Made by a program: the position numbers and the translations under genes. A stretch of 64,000 nt of DNA, from positions 1,512 through 65,511 of the forward strand of contig JAHECY010000006.1 in NCBI GenBank assembly GCA_024641505.1, given 5' to 3'. A model generated the notes under the pieces. That model saw nothing but the letters and a program-made list of their open reading frames with translations. It ran no database searches and was not told the DNA's origin. This stretch comes from Gammaproteobacteria bacterium. GTDB taxonomy: Bacteria; Pseudomonadota; Gammaproteobacteria; SG8-11. Below, in pieces: positions 19,258 to 28,700 of this stretch (positions are counted from its first letter, which is position 1; every line of letters begins with the position of its first letter).

Positions 19258-22200
19258 TCAATGCACATTATCGGGCGGTGGCGCAGGCGGCAACGCCTGT
19301 TGGCGTTTCGGCCCGCGGCGAATACGGGTGCGTAGTTGCTGCGCTTGATCCCGGTGCATTTTCGCCTGTCGACCAGAAGTCATTTTTACGAGTTCATGGG
19401 CGTCGAGAATCAGGGAAATACGGCCGTCACCAACGATGGTAGCGCCGGAAAATCCGCTTTTCTCCTGCACATAGTCCGCCAGGGGTTTGATTACCACTTC
19501 TTCCTGACCGATCAATTCATCCACCACGAAACCGGTACGCGCGCCCTCGGTGTTGACAATCACCACAAATACCTTGTCTGTGTTTTCATCCGCCTTGATA
19601 CTGAACAGCTTGGAGAGATGAAAAATCGGCAGGGCATGACCGCGCAGATGAATAACTTCGACCCCCTCGACTTTTGACGTCTCGTGGCGGAAAATTCGCA
19701 CCGTTTCATCGACATTGGCCAGAGGAATGGTAAACAAGTCGCGACCGACGCGGATCATTAAGGCATGAATAATCGCCAGCGTCAGGGGAATCTTCAAGCG
19801 CATCTGGGTACGCACGCCGGGTTTGGAATCGATTTCGAGAATGCCGTTGAGTTTTTCGATATTGCGCTTGACGACATCCATGCCAACACCGCGACCCGAG
19901 GTACCGGTGACCTTTTCCGCGGTAGAAAATCCGGGCATCAGGATCAATTGCGTCAGGTCCCGGGCATTCATGCGTTCCAGTTCTTCCGGGGTATATAACC
20001 CTTTTTGCTGCGCCTTGAGCTTGATGCGTTCCGGGCTGATACCGCGGCCATCATCGGTGACTTCGATGACGATATTATTACTTTCCTGGTAGGCATTCAG
20101 GGTGAGCGTACCCGCTTCCGGCTTGCCGGCCTTGCGCCGTTCTTCACGGTTCTCCAGGCCATGATCCACGGCGTTGCGAATGATGTGAATCAACGGATCC
20201 GACAATTCCTCGACGATCATTTTGTCCAATTCCGTATCTTCGCCTTGAATCACCAGCTCCACCTTCTTGTCGGAGGTGTGCGTCAGATCGCGCACCAGGC
20301 GCGGGTAACGGTTGAAGATCTGCGAAATCGGCAGCATGCGCATCTTCATCACTCCTTCCTGGAGTTCATTGGAAGTGCGGCCCAGGGAGGCAATCGCCTC
20401 TCCAAGTCGGTAGGTAAACGTACGCAGCATTTTAATTTCTTTTTGATCGATACCGGCCACGTCCTTCAGATAATTCTGCAATACCCGCATTTCATTGGAC
20501 AGCTGGAAAAAATAGGATCGGTCCACCACCAACTCGCCGACCAGATTCATCAACGAGTCGATTTTTTCCGCATCGACCCGCATGCTTTTCTTGATCTTTT
20601 TTTCCATCGTGTCCAGAACCCGACGCTTGTCGCCGGTACCTGGGGCGGACTCAGGACGAGGCGCAGTCGGAGCTTGACCGTTACCCTTAGTCTGCTGCGT
20701 TGGCGTTTTTGCCTTGGCTTGGGCCCCGGCCACCATTTGGTCGTATACCTGGTTCAGGGTTTCCTGCTTGTTGGCGCTCGCCTCTTTTTCCATTACCGAA
20801 TCGAGAGCACCGCTGAGTTGGTTGTAAAGTTGGTTCTCAGCAACCGCCGGGGCTGCCTTCCTGCCCGTGGCCGGCGCCCGAGCCGGTACCGGTACCGTTT
20901 CAATGATTTCACCTTTGATGGCTGTGGTCGGTACATCACGCAGCTGTGGAAACATGCCATCCAGTCGCGCCAGATATTTGTTCATGAATTCCAGTGGTGC
21001 TTTCCCGCCACCGGCCCAGGCGGAACTTGCCTGCTCGATGCGCGTACGCCACTCTTCATACAACGATGCCAAATCCTGGTAACCCATGTAGTTGGCGGCG
21101 GACCAAAGACGCCCGATGGTATCGTCACACCACTGCAGATGCTGCACCTTGTCCGGCTCCTTTTGCAGCTCATTGACGGATTTCCGCAGAATACTCGCTT
21201 GCTCCCGCAAATGATGCATAAAAATGCCGAACAATTCCTGATCGTGCTCCTCCTCGTAGGAAGAACCCACCGTCTCCGTAATCGCATCCACGGATTCCAG
21301 GCTCGCTGCAGGGATCGCGGGTGATGCTGCCACCGAAAGACCGGTACTGCCATCGATGCGGTGACTGATTTTCATCACCAGATCGTCAATCGCCGACAAT
21401 TCCTGTTCGTGGATATTCAATTCATTGACCAGTTGCACGATACGATCCCGGGCATCGATCAACAAGTCGATAGTGCCGGTGCTCGAAGACATTTTACCCT
21501 GGCGTAACAGATCCAACAGATCTTCGAGGCGATGTGACAGTCGGGAAATTTTCGCCAGTCCGGTAATTTGCGAGCCACCCTTGATGTTGTGGACCGGCCG
21601 GAAAACGTCGTTAAGGAATTCAAGATTCTGGGGGTCGTCGCTCAATTGCAGTAATATGGTTTCGATTTCATCCAGGTGGTCGCCGGCTTCGATTATAAAA
21701 TCCTTGAGCAGACCCATATTGATTTCCATTTCCGGCTCCGGCTTCAGAATCACGCGTGGCTCGGGTAACTCATCAGCAGGTACCGCCGTTGACGCAGACG
21801 CCGCATCAGCCGCGGTATCGGGTTCCGCAATATCAACCCCTCCACCCACACCCATATTCATGAATATGTTCATGACATCGTCGGTGACATCCGACACAGC
21901 CGGCATCAAACCGTCTTGGTCGGCGGACACTGACGGTGCCGGAGATTCCCTACCGTTCGCGTCCATGGCTGGCTGATGAGGGGCCGTTTGCCAGGTATCC
22001 AGATCGGGAAACAATGTGGTGACACGCCGTAAATATTCGTGCATGAATTCCAGATCCGGCACTTCCCCACGCGCCACATCCTGACGTGAATCACTCAAAA
22101 TACCACGCCATTCCCCATACATGTCCACCAGATCCTGGTAACCCATATAGTTGGCCGCAGACGACAGACCCTCGACCACGGCTCCACACCATTCTAAATG

Positions 22201-22767
22201 CTGATCCAGATCGGGTTCGCTATCCTGCTGTGCCACCGCCTGCCGCAAGGTATGCACTTGTTCCCGCAGATGACTCATGAAAATCCCGAACAACTCCTGG
22301 TCGTGCTCTTCCTGATAGGTCTGCGCATCGGGCATAGCGGTTTCGGCCACGGTGGTCGCGGCGGCCAGCGGCGTATCGTTTTGGTCTTCAATCAGTACTG
22401 TGAGCTGATCCACCAGATCTTCGATATCAGATTGCTCTTCCTGAAACTCCTCCAGTTCCCGCACCAGACGCAAAATGCGATCGCGGGTTTCAATGAGCAA
22501 ATCGACGGTATCATTATCCGACTTCTTCTTTCCCTGACGCAAAATGTCCAGCAAATCTTCGAGTCGATGCGACAACCGCGACACTTTGTCCAAACCGGTG
22601 ATCTGAGACCCACCCTTGATGTTGTGCACCGGCCGGAAAATGTCATTGAGAGTGGTCAGATCATTCGGATCTTCCGCCAGCCTCAACAGCAGGACTTCTA
22701 TCTCATCCAGGTGTTCGCCTGCTTCGACAATAAAGTCGCCAAGTAATGCCAGGTTTATTTCACTCAT
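19258..22767 (-). CDS. cheA: CheA-family histidine kinase with two HPt domains (tandemly duplicated N-terminal module), dimerization, HATPase and CheW-like domains
   Basis: 1169 aa. HPt1 (FRPVHNIKGGSQITGLDKVSRLSHRLEDLLD) and a near-identical HPt2 (FRPVHNIKGGSQITGLAKISRLSHRLEDLLD). The H-box-less kinase core HIIRNAVDHGLE...DDGRGI...GRGVGMDVV. C-terminal CheW-like domain. Confidence 0.9.
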   Translation of the reverse strand: MSEINLALLGDFIVEAGEHLDEIEVLLLRLAEDPNDLTTLNDIFRPVHNIKGGSQITGLDKVSRLSHRLEDLLDILRQGKKKSDNDTVDLLIETRDRILRLVRELEEFQEEQSDIEDLVDQLTVLIEDQNDTPLAAATTVAETAMPDAQTYQEEHDQELFGIFMSHLREQVHTLRQAVAQQDSEPDLDQHLEWCGAVVEGLSSAANYMGYQDLVDMYGEWRGILSDSRQDVARGEVPDLEFMHEYLRRVTTLFPDLDTWQTAPHQPAMDANGRESPAPSVSADQDGLMPAVSDVTDDVMNIFMNMGVGGGVDIAEPDTAADAASASTAVPADELPEPRVILKPEPEMEINMGLLKDFIIEAGDHLDEIETILLQLSDDPQNLEFLNDVFRPVHNIKGGSQITGLAKISRLSHRLEDLLDLLRQGKMSSSTGTIDLLIDARDRIVQLVNELNIHEQELSAIDDLVMKISHRIDGSTGLSVAASPAIPAASLESVDAITETVGSSYEEEHDQELFGIFMHHLREQASILRKSVNELQKEPDKVQHLQWCDDTIGRLWSAANYMGYQDLASLYEEWRTRIEQASSAWAGGGKAPLEFMNKYLARLDGMFPQLRDVPTTAIKGEIIETVPVPARAPATGRKAAPAVAENQLYNQLSGALDSVMEKEASANKQETLNQVYDQMVAGAQAKAKTPTQQTKGNGQAPTAPRPESAPGTGDKRRVLDTMEKKIKKSMRVDAEKIDSLMNLVGELVVDRSYFFQLSNEMRVLQNYLKDVAGIDQKEIKMLRTFTYRLGEAIASLGRTSNELQEGVMKMRMLPISQIFNRYPRLVRDLTHTSDKKVELVIQGEDTELDKMIVEELSDPLIHIIRNAVDHGLENREERRKAGKPEAGTLTLNAYQESNNIVIEVTDDGRGISPERIKLKAQQKGLYTPEELERMNARDLTQLILMPGFSTAEKVTGTSGRGVGMDVVKRNIEKLNGILEIDSKPGVRTQMRLKIPLTLAIIHALMIRVGRDLFTIPLANVDETVRIFRHETSKVEGVEVIHLRGHALPIFHLSKLFSIKADENTDKVFVVIVNTEGARTGFVVDELIGQEEVVIKPLADYVQEKSGFSGATIVGDGRISLILDAHELVKMTSGRQAKMHRDQAQQLRTRIRRGPKRQQALPPAPPPDNVH

Positions 22768-22788
22768 TTTTTTTCCCTCAAAGCCGCC

Positions 22789-23139
22789 TCAGCTTCCCAC
22801 TAAGGCGAGAATCTGTTCGGATTTGTGTTTATTCACCAGACCAATGGCGCCGATGCGTTCCACTTCCCCGCGGTATTTATCCTCATCCATATTGGAGAGA
22901 ATCAGGATGCGCGCCTTGGCGTCTCGAGCCATGATTTCCTTAGCCGCGGTAATCCCATCCATGCCCCGCATGGTGATATCCATGGTGACCAGATCCGGGC
23001 GCAGACGCTCATACATTTCCAGTGCATCGGCGCCATTGGCCGCCTCCCCTACCACCTCATGGCCAGCATCACGCAAGGTTTTGACGATCACCTTGCGCAT
23101 CATGGTCGAGTCTTCCACCACCAGTATTCGCTTGCTCAT
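22789..23139 (-). CDS. cheY: CheY-like single-domain response regulator
   Basis: 116 aa. ILVVEDSTMMR...DLVTMDITMRGMDG...K motif set of a REC domain. Confidence 0.85.
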   Translation of the reverse strand: MSKRILVVEDSTMMRKVIVKTLRDAGHEVVGEAANGADALEMYERLRPDLVTMDITMRGMDGITAAKEIMARDAKARILILSNMDEDKYRGEVERIGAIGLVNKHKSEQILALVGS

Positions 23140-23179
23140 ATCCGCTTCCTGTAATCTTTAACCCTTATGCCCGGCTTAC

Positions 23180-23722
23180 TTACTGCACTATGGATTCTTC
23201 GCCCAGCGACAGCTCTTTGTAATTTGTTTCCTTCAACATATGGTACTCTTCGTTGAACAGGATGCGTTCGAAGCTCAGGATGATCAATAGCTTGCCGTTG
23301 ATATCGCACACCCCGTGGATGTACTGATTTTCCAGGCCCACCACAACGATATCCGGTGGCGGCTCTACTTTATCCTGCTCCACCTTCAGTACTTCCGTGA
23401 CGCGATCGACGATAAAGCCGATAACGCGTTCTTTGATGTTGAGAATCAAAATCCAGTTGCCTTCGCCGCCACCTTCCCCCATGTAAAGGTAAAGGCGCTT
23501 GCGCAAGTCGATGACCGGAATTATATCGCCGCGCAGATTGATTACCCCTTCGACAAATTCAGGCGAATTGGGCACCGCGGTAACCGGAGCCGATCGGATG
23601 ATTTCCTGAACCATCAGGATGTCGACTCCGAATTCTTCCTCATTGATCTTGAATCCCACCAATTGCATCAAGCCTTCGGCTTCGGCATCGGTCAAGGTAT
23701 CAAATCTAATTCGTTCTGCCAT
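23180..23722 (-). CDS. cheW: CheW coupling protein
   Basis: 180 aa with a CheW-like domain (EEFGVDILMVQEIIR...VINLRGDIIPVIDLR). Confidence 0.88.
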   Translation of the reverse strand: MAERIRFDTLTDAEAEGLMQLVGFKINEEEFGVDILMVQEIIRSAPVTAVPNSPEFVEGVINLRGDIIPVIDLRKRLYLYMGEGGGEGNWILILNIKERVIGFIVDRVTEVLKVEQDKVEPPPDIVVVGLENQYIHGVCDINGKLLIILSFERILFNEEYHMLKETNYKELSLGEESIVQ

Positions 23723-23812
23723 GTTGCATCTCCTGTAAAACGCCGCCGACCGGTCGCCGCCCTGTCCGGTATTCCCGGACAGGCACGGCGATTGATCGCG
23801 CCCATGCTACGC

Positions 23813-26272
23813 CTAGCTGATCTTGAACTGCGCTACCTGGCGTGCGAGAGCTTCTGACTGCTCCACCATGGTTTCCATGATGTCAGCGTTGGCGCCGGCA
23901 CCTTCCACCGTTTGCACCGCCGCTTGTCCCGATTCCTGGGACAGCTTGGTAATCGCCTTGGAACGTTGCGCCTGCAGACCGGTCATATGCTGCATTTCCT
24001 CACCGCTTCGTACTACACCTTCCATTTCATGACCGATGATGCGAGCGTTTTCATTAGCTTCCATAACCAGCGCCGAGATCTTGTTCGACGCCTGCAACAT
24101 CTTACGCAGCGAATCTTCCGCAACGGTACGACGCTTGGTATTTTCCGTAGCCATTTCACCGATTTGTTGCGCCAATGTGTTCAACTCGCGAATCAAACCC
24201 TGTACTTCAGTGGTACTGCCACTGAGGGACTCCGCCGAACGTTCGATGTCTTCGATGGAGCGCATGTTATCGCGACCGCCTTCGTCGATTTTGCGCAGCG
24301 CTTCCTGGGACTGGTCAGTCAGTTTTACCCCGTCCGCCACGTTGTTTGTGGAGTCCTTGATGAGCTGGGTGATTTCCTTGGCGGCCTCGGAAGACCGCTG
24401 GGCGAGTTTACCTACTTCATCCGCAACCACCGCGAAACCCTTACCGTGCGCACCGGCACGCGCCGCTTCTACCGCGGCGTTCAAGGCGAGCAAGTTGGTT
24501 TGTTCGGCGATTTCCGTGATTACCGAGATGATTTCCGAAATCTGTTCGGAAGATCCAGCGATGGCGCGCATACCTTCTACGGTAGCGGCCACTGCTTTCC
24601 GGCCTTCTTCCGCCGCTGCCAGCGAACCGCGACCGAACTGGGTCGCCTGTTGTACGGAACGTTGCATGGTATCCACCGCCGCCACCATTTCGTTGATAGC
24701 GCTGGTGACTCGCATTACCATCTTGCCCTGTTCCTGCGCGGACACCGCCACTTTCGCACCGGCATCACCCATTTCCGATACGCGGGACATGGTTTCGCCC
24801 GCTTCCCGGTCCTGGTTCCGTTGGGATTCGGATACGATACTCATCTTTTCCTGCAATTCGCGCAACAGCCCTGAGGATTTTTCCGCAGCGCCCTGCTGAC
24901 CACCGGCTTTTTCGTTGATCTGACCGGCGGTGGCGCCCATTTCCCCGATAACCTTTCCTGCAGTTTGGGAACGATTGAGCTCTTCCTCGGCACGCTTTCT
25001 GTTGTTGCCGGCGCGAGTCGCGGCTTCCGTGGCGTTTCTGGCGACATCACCGGCCGCGGAGTTTACCTCGACAAACGCGTTCTTGATAACATCCATCATA
25101 CCGTTGAACGATAACGACATGGCGCCGATTTCATCCTTGGATTCCACCGGCACATGAATGGTAAGGTCGCGTTTCTCGGCGATGTTCTGAATGGTGTCCG
25201 CCATCCGGATAACCGGACCCGCGATCACCCGGGTCAAGAACACAATCAATATTGCGCTGATCAGCAAGCCGGCTACCAGCAGGCCCCATTCGATGTTTTT
25301 CAAGCGTACGGTAAGAGTCGCCGCGGACGCTACGTCGTCCTGCAGCAATTTGTCCTGGCTTTCCACCAATTCAGAAAGCACCTCAACGATCGCCTTAGCG
25401 GTCGGTGCAGCGCGGGTCGCCAGCCAGAAATTGGCCAGGTTAGCTTCGGCGGAAGCCTGGATCTTAAACATCTTCTCGGGCAACGGTTCGAATTCCGCGC
25501 GTACCTGTTTGAACTGGTCAAATGCCAGTTTTTGTTCCGGTGACAGGTGCTGGTAATTATTGGCCAGGTCATTGAAACGCAGGGTATTCTTGGACCATAG
25601 ATTTTCGAAGCTGGTTTTCAAGGACTCATCTTTGGTGAGCAGGTAGGCGCGAATACTCGCCAAACCCAGACCGGTGGTACCGCGCACGTCAGCCATCATG
25701 TACAGAATGGATTTGCGTAATGGCGTACCCTCCAACTGGCCTTCCAAGTCGATCATGCGCGTGATCAACTCGGCGAGCTTGGCGGATCGCGGCTGTGCTT
25801 CTTCCGCCAGCATTTTCAGCGCCGGTTCCTGATCGACAGTGTTGGCGATGTCTTCGACTTCCTGCTGGTACTTGCGGAACAACTCCAGTTCCTTGCCGAT
25901 TTTATCAACGCGCTTGATGTTTTCCGCGTTGGTAAAATTTTTCGAGAATCCCTGCAACGCATCGAAGTTTTTGTCGATCCAGTTTTTCCAGCTCTCATCT
26001 CGTTGGGTCTTAAATTGTTCTTTACCCAAAAGCATCCAACCACGCAATGCCGCCAATGATTCGTTGACGCCGTTCAACAAGGAAAGACTGGCGCGGGCCA
26101 CCGGTGTTCGCAGTTCCGCAACCCGATTCGACAGAGTTTGCACCTCTGTTACCTCATAGATCGTTATACCTACCGCTGATACGAGCAACAATGCCATCAT
26201 GCCGAAGCCTGTGCCCAGCTTGAATGGCAGTCTCATATTAGCAAAGAGACCAAAGTTGGTATTCTTAGCCAC
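23813..26272 (-). CDS. Methyl-accepting chemotaxis protein with about 290-aa periplasmic helical sensor, HAMP and MCP signalling domain
   Basis: TM1 [17 protein letters not shown] and TM2 [21 protein letters not shown]. The highly conserved signalling tip [35 protein letters not shown]. No C-terminal NWETF-like pentapeptide. Confidence 0.9.
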   Translation of the reverse strand: MAKNTNFGLFANMRLPFKLGTGFGMMALLLVSAVGITIYEVTEVQTLSNRVAELRTPVARASLSLLNGVNESLAALRGWMLLGKEQFKTQRDESWKNWIDKNFDALQGFSKNFTNAENIKRVDKIGKELELFRKYQQEVEDIANTVDQEPALKMLAEEAQPRSAKLAELITRMIDLEGQLEGTPLRKSILYMMADVRGTTGLGLASIRAYLLTKDESLKTSFENLWSKNTLRFNDLANNYQHLSPEQKLAFDQFKQVRAEFEPLPEKMFKIQASAEANLANFWLATRAAPTAKAIVEVLSELVESQDKLLQDDVASAATLTVRLKNIEWGLLVAGLLISAILIVFLTRVIAGPVIRMADTIQNIAEKRDLTIHVPVESKDEIGAMSLSFNGMMDVIKNAFVEVNSAAGDVARNATEAATRAGNNRKRAEEELNRSQTAGKVIGEMGATAGQINEKAGGQQGAAEKSSGLLRELQEKMSIVSESQRNQDREAGETMSRVSEMGDAGAKVAVSAQEQGKMVMRVTSAINEMVAAVDTMQRSVQQATQFGRGSLAAAEEGRKAVAATVEGMRAIAGSSEQISEIISVITEIAEQTNLLALNAAVEAARAGAHGKGFAVVADEVGKLAQRSSEAAKEITQLIKDSTNNVADGVKLTDQSQEALRKIDEGGRDNMRSIEDIERSAESLSGSTTEVQGLIRELNTLAQQIGEMATENTKRRTVAEDSLRKMLQASNKISALVMEANENARIIGHEMEGVVRSGEEMQHMTGLQAQRSKAITKLSQESGQAAVQTVEGAGANADIMETMVEQSEALARQVAQFKIS

Positions 26273-26360
26273 TTTCTTTCCTCCGTTTCACCTGAATTAA
26301 GGCCAAATGCTGTGTGGTGGGCAAAAAAGCCGCTTTCACCAAGAGCGCAGGACCCGCGTT

Positions 26361-26390
26361 TCTGTTACTGTTACTGTTACTGTTACTGTT
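26361..26390. repeat. Hexanucleotide microsatellite (TGTTAC) x about 4.7
   Basis: tctgttactgttactgttactgttactgtt read directly, about 90-118 bp upstream of the MCP start codon, in the intergenic gap between the cheB-like2 and MCP genes. Confidence 0.9.
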
Positions 26391-26485
26391 TAAACTCTAA
26401 AGCCAATTTTCCGTCTGTTACTCATAATAATTTCGCATCTTGCAACCATACACAACTTCACGCCACGCGCTCTGGCAGCAATATT

Positions 26486-27589
26486 TTATTGCAAGTCGTT
26501 AATCACCTGCGCAAGTTGGCTGTCGCTTACCGTTGTTGCGTCCGGACACCAGGCGAGGGCGGCGTTGGCCATATTCTTGTACAAACAGGTTTTCAGGTCC
26601 TGCACCACGGCGCTTCCACCAACCCGGTGTATTTCCTCGAGGCCTTCGGCCCCATCACTGCCGGTGCCTGACAACACTACGCCCACGGCATTCTCGCCCA
26701 TGGCCTCAGCCACGGAAAACATCAACATGTCCACCGCACCCTTACGCGAAGCGAACGGCGCCGGTTGCACATGCAGGCGACAATTGTCGTCCGTTTGCCT
26801 ATGTACGGTCATGTAGTTACCGCCGGCGTTCAGATAGCACACCCCGGGACGCAGCAATTCATCATGCACGGCGCGCTTGACCTCGACTGCACTATAGTTG
26901 TTGAGGTAAGTGGCAAAGGCGTCAACGTACTCCTGGGCGGCGTATAAAGTAACCATATAAGCAACCTGCCGGTCAGCGCGCAAGTTGGGCACGATTTTCA
27001 GTAACGCACCATAACCACCTTCCGCGGCACCAATCGCGACGATGCGATGGCATTCCGGAAGCGACACGTCCTGTCCCATCAATTCAAGATTGGGTAGATT
27101 ACGGATATATTTGATCGCTTCCACTTCCACCACCGAGGCAAATTTCACCTTGTTACGAATTTCACCTTCCTGAGCGGAAACATCCTCGCCATTGACCGCG
27201 GATGGCTTGGCGATAAAATCCACTGCACCATAGCGCAGCGCGTCAAACGTCACCGCCGCGCCTTCCATGGTGAGGCTCGACAGCATCACCACCGGCGTCG
27301 GATAGCGAATCATGATATGTTTCAAAGCGGTGACTCCGTCCATTTCCGGCATGCGGATATCCAGCGTGATGACATCGGGCCTGTGCTCTTGCACCGCCGC
27401 CAGCGCCTCGCGGCCATTTTTGGCCACCGCCACGATTTCCACATCCTTGTCGTTCTGGAAAATACGGGTAACCGAATCCCGGAGAATCTTGGAGTCGTCC
27501 ACGATAAGCAACTTCAATACTTTACCGGTGCCACCGTCAATCGCCTCGGCAAACTCGTCTGAATGCTTTTTTACAGTGCTCATGCTCAT
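26486..27589 (-). CDS. Second CheB-like protein (REC + methylesterase fold) with apparently degenerate catalytic triad
   Basis: REC (LLIVDDSKILR...ITLDIRMPEMDG). AIGAAEGG aligns with IGASTGG (Ser to Ala). MVTLYAAQEY aligns with ITQHMPPGF (His to Tyr). SGTGSDG keeps the Asp. Start overlaps the upstream gene's stop (ATGA). Confidence 0.8.
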   Translation of the reverse strand: MSMSTVKKHSDEFAEAIDGGTGKVLKLLIVDDSKILRDSVTRIFQNDKDVEIVAVAKNGREALAAVQEHRPDVITLDIRMPEMDGVTALKHIMIRYPTPVVMLSSLTMEGAAVTFDALRYGAVDFIAKPSAVNGEDVSAQEGEIRNKVKFASVVEVEAIKYIRNLPNLELMGQDVSLPECHRIVAIGAAEGGYGALLKIVPNLRADRQVAYMVTLYAAQEYVDAFATYLNNYSAVEVKRAVHDELLRPGVCYLNAGGNYMTVHRQTDDNCRLHVQPAPFASRKGAVDMLMFSVAEAMGENAVGVVLSGTGSDGAEGLEEIHRVGGSAVVQDLKTCLYKNMANAALAWCPDATTVSDSQLAQVINDLQ

Positions 27590-28284
27590 CCTAGATATTT
27601 TTTCAGTTTTTCTTTCAAGGCCGCGGAGTCCACAGGCTTGGTCATGTACTCATCGGTACCGGACATTTTTCCTTTAAGTTTGTCAAACAACGTGTCACGA
27701 GAGGTAAGCACGATCACCGGCACATCCTGCAGACGTTCGCTTTTTTTCATGGCGGCCAGCACCTCATATCCGTCTTTTTTAGGGAGGATCAAGTCCAGCA
27801 GCACCAGATCCGGTACATCCCGACCCAACAGAGCCAAGGCCTCCTCCCCGTCCCTGGCTTCGGAAATGAAATATCCTTGATTCGCAAGTGATTCCACCAA
27901 CACCTTGCGCGCCAAACCGCTATCTTCCACAATCAAAATCTTTTTCAAGCCCATGGACGGCGACTGGTTGAAGTCCACGCCTAACTCGAGGAAGATGTCC
28001 TCGTTGCTCATGGCACCAACGGGCGCCGTCGTCACATTAGCGCTGCCCTGGGCATCGCCTTTAAAAAAGAACTTGGCACGTTCGATTTTCTTGATTTCCG
28101 CCAAGGCCGGAGCGCCACGCATATTGCGAAAGAACACATCGACGATATTGCCGGTATTCAGCGAAAAGATGACGCCATGGCCCTGATCCGTGTACATGTA
28201 CATAGCCCCGCTGTACCGTTCCTTGCACAGTTTCAGCAATGCCCTGGCGGCATCCTTGAAGGCTACAAGTTCATCTTTAGACAC
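27586..28284 (-). CDS. Response regulator with N-terminal about 110-aa uncharacterised domain and C-terminal REC domain
   Basis: The C-terminal half KILIVEDSGLARK...DLVLLDLILPKKDGYEV...TSRDT...K is a REC domain. The N-terminal domain (MSKDELVAFKDAARALLKLCKERYSGAMYMYTDQGHGVIFSL...) is not recognised. Confidence 0.7.
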   Translation of the reverse strand: MSKDELVAFKDAARALLKLCKERYSGAMYMYTDQGHGVIFSLNTGNIVDVFFRNMRGAPALAEIKKIERAKFFFKGDAQGSANVTTAPVGAMSNEDIFLELGVDFNQSPSMGLKKILIVEDSGLARKVLVESLANQGYFISEARDGEEALALLGRDVPDLVLLDLILPKKDGYEVLAAMKKSERLQDVPVIVLTSRDTLFDKLKGKMSGTDEYMTKPVDSAALKEKLKKYLG

Positions 28285-28700
28285 TGGATATTCTCCTGGA
28301 TGTCATCCTGCGCCGGCAGTGGCATCACCACCGATCACACTGAGTTCTATAATCATCAAAACCGAGCAGGCAATAATTCACCTGAAATTACTACGCAAAC
28401 CAAGACCTGGCTCAAAGTCCAGGGCTATGTGTCTTATCGACAACTCTTAACCTCGCTTTAACCTTTTGGGTAAAAATTATCAAAATACTCAAACATCGTG
28501 ACTAATCATTGATTTCGTGAACCCGGTTATGCCCCGGAACGGGGCACATTGAATTAAAAAAATTAAGGCTATTACAGGGTGGTCACTTACCTGTTTATCG
28601 TCAGCGCCGCGCTTTCGGTTAATGTTTATGTCAATTCAGCCGTTATCTGTTTGACTAACGTCTAACGGTATGTGCCCACTATCCCATCGGAATATCGGTT

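Noticed and set aside
20005-21324. 439-aa plus-strand ORF inside the cheA region, and the ORFs at 22198-22746 and 22616-23161
   Set aside because: Antisense to cheA and cheY, which have unambiguous HPt, HATPase and REC motifs on the minus strand.
23912-24899. Two overlapping plus-strand ORFs of about 300 aa
   Set aside because: Antisense shadow of the MCP gene, which carries the highly conserved signalling-domain sequence on the minus strand.
26312-26671. 119-aa ORF containing CYCYCYCYC
   Set aside because: The Cys-Tyr repeat is a translation of the (TGTTAC)n microsatellite in an intergenic region. There is no RBS or coding support.
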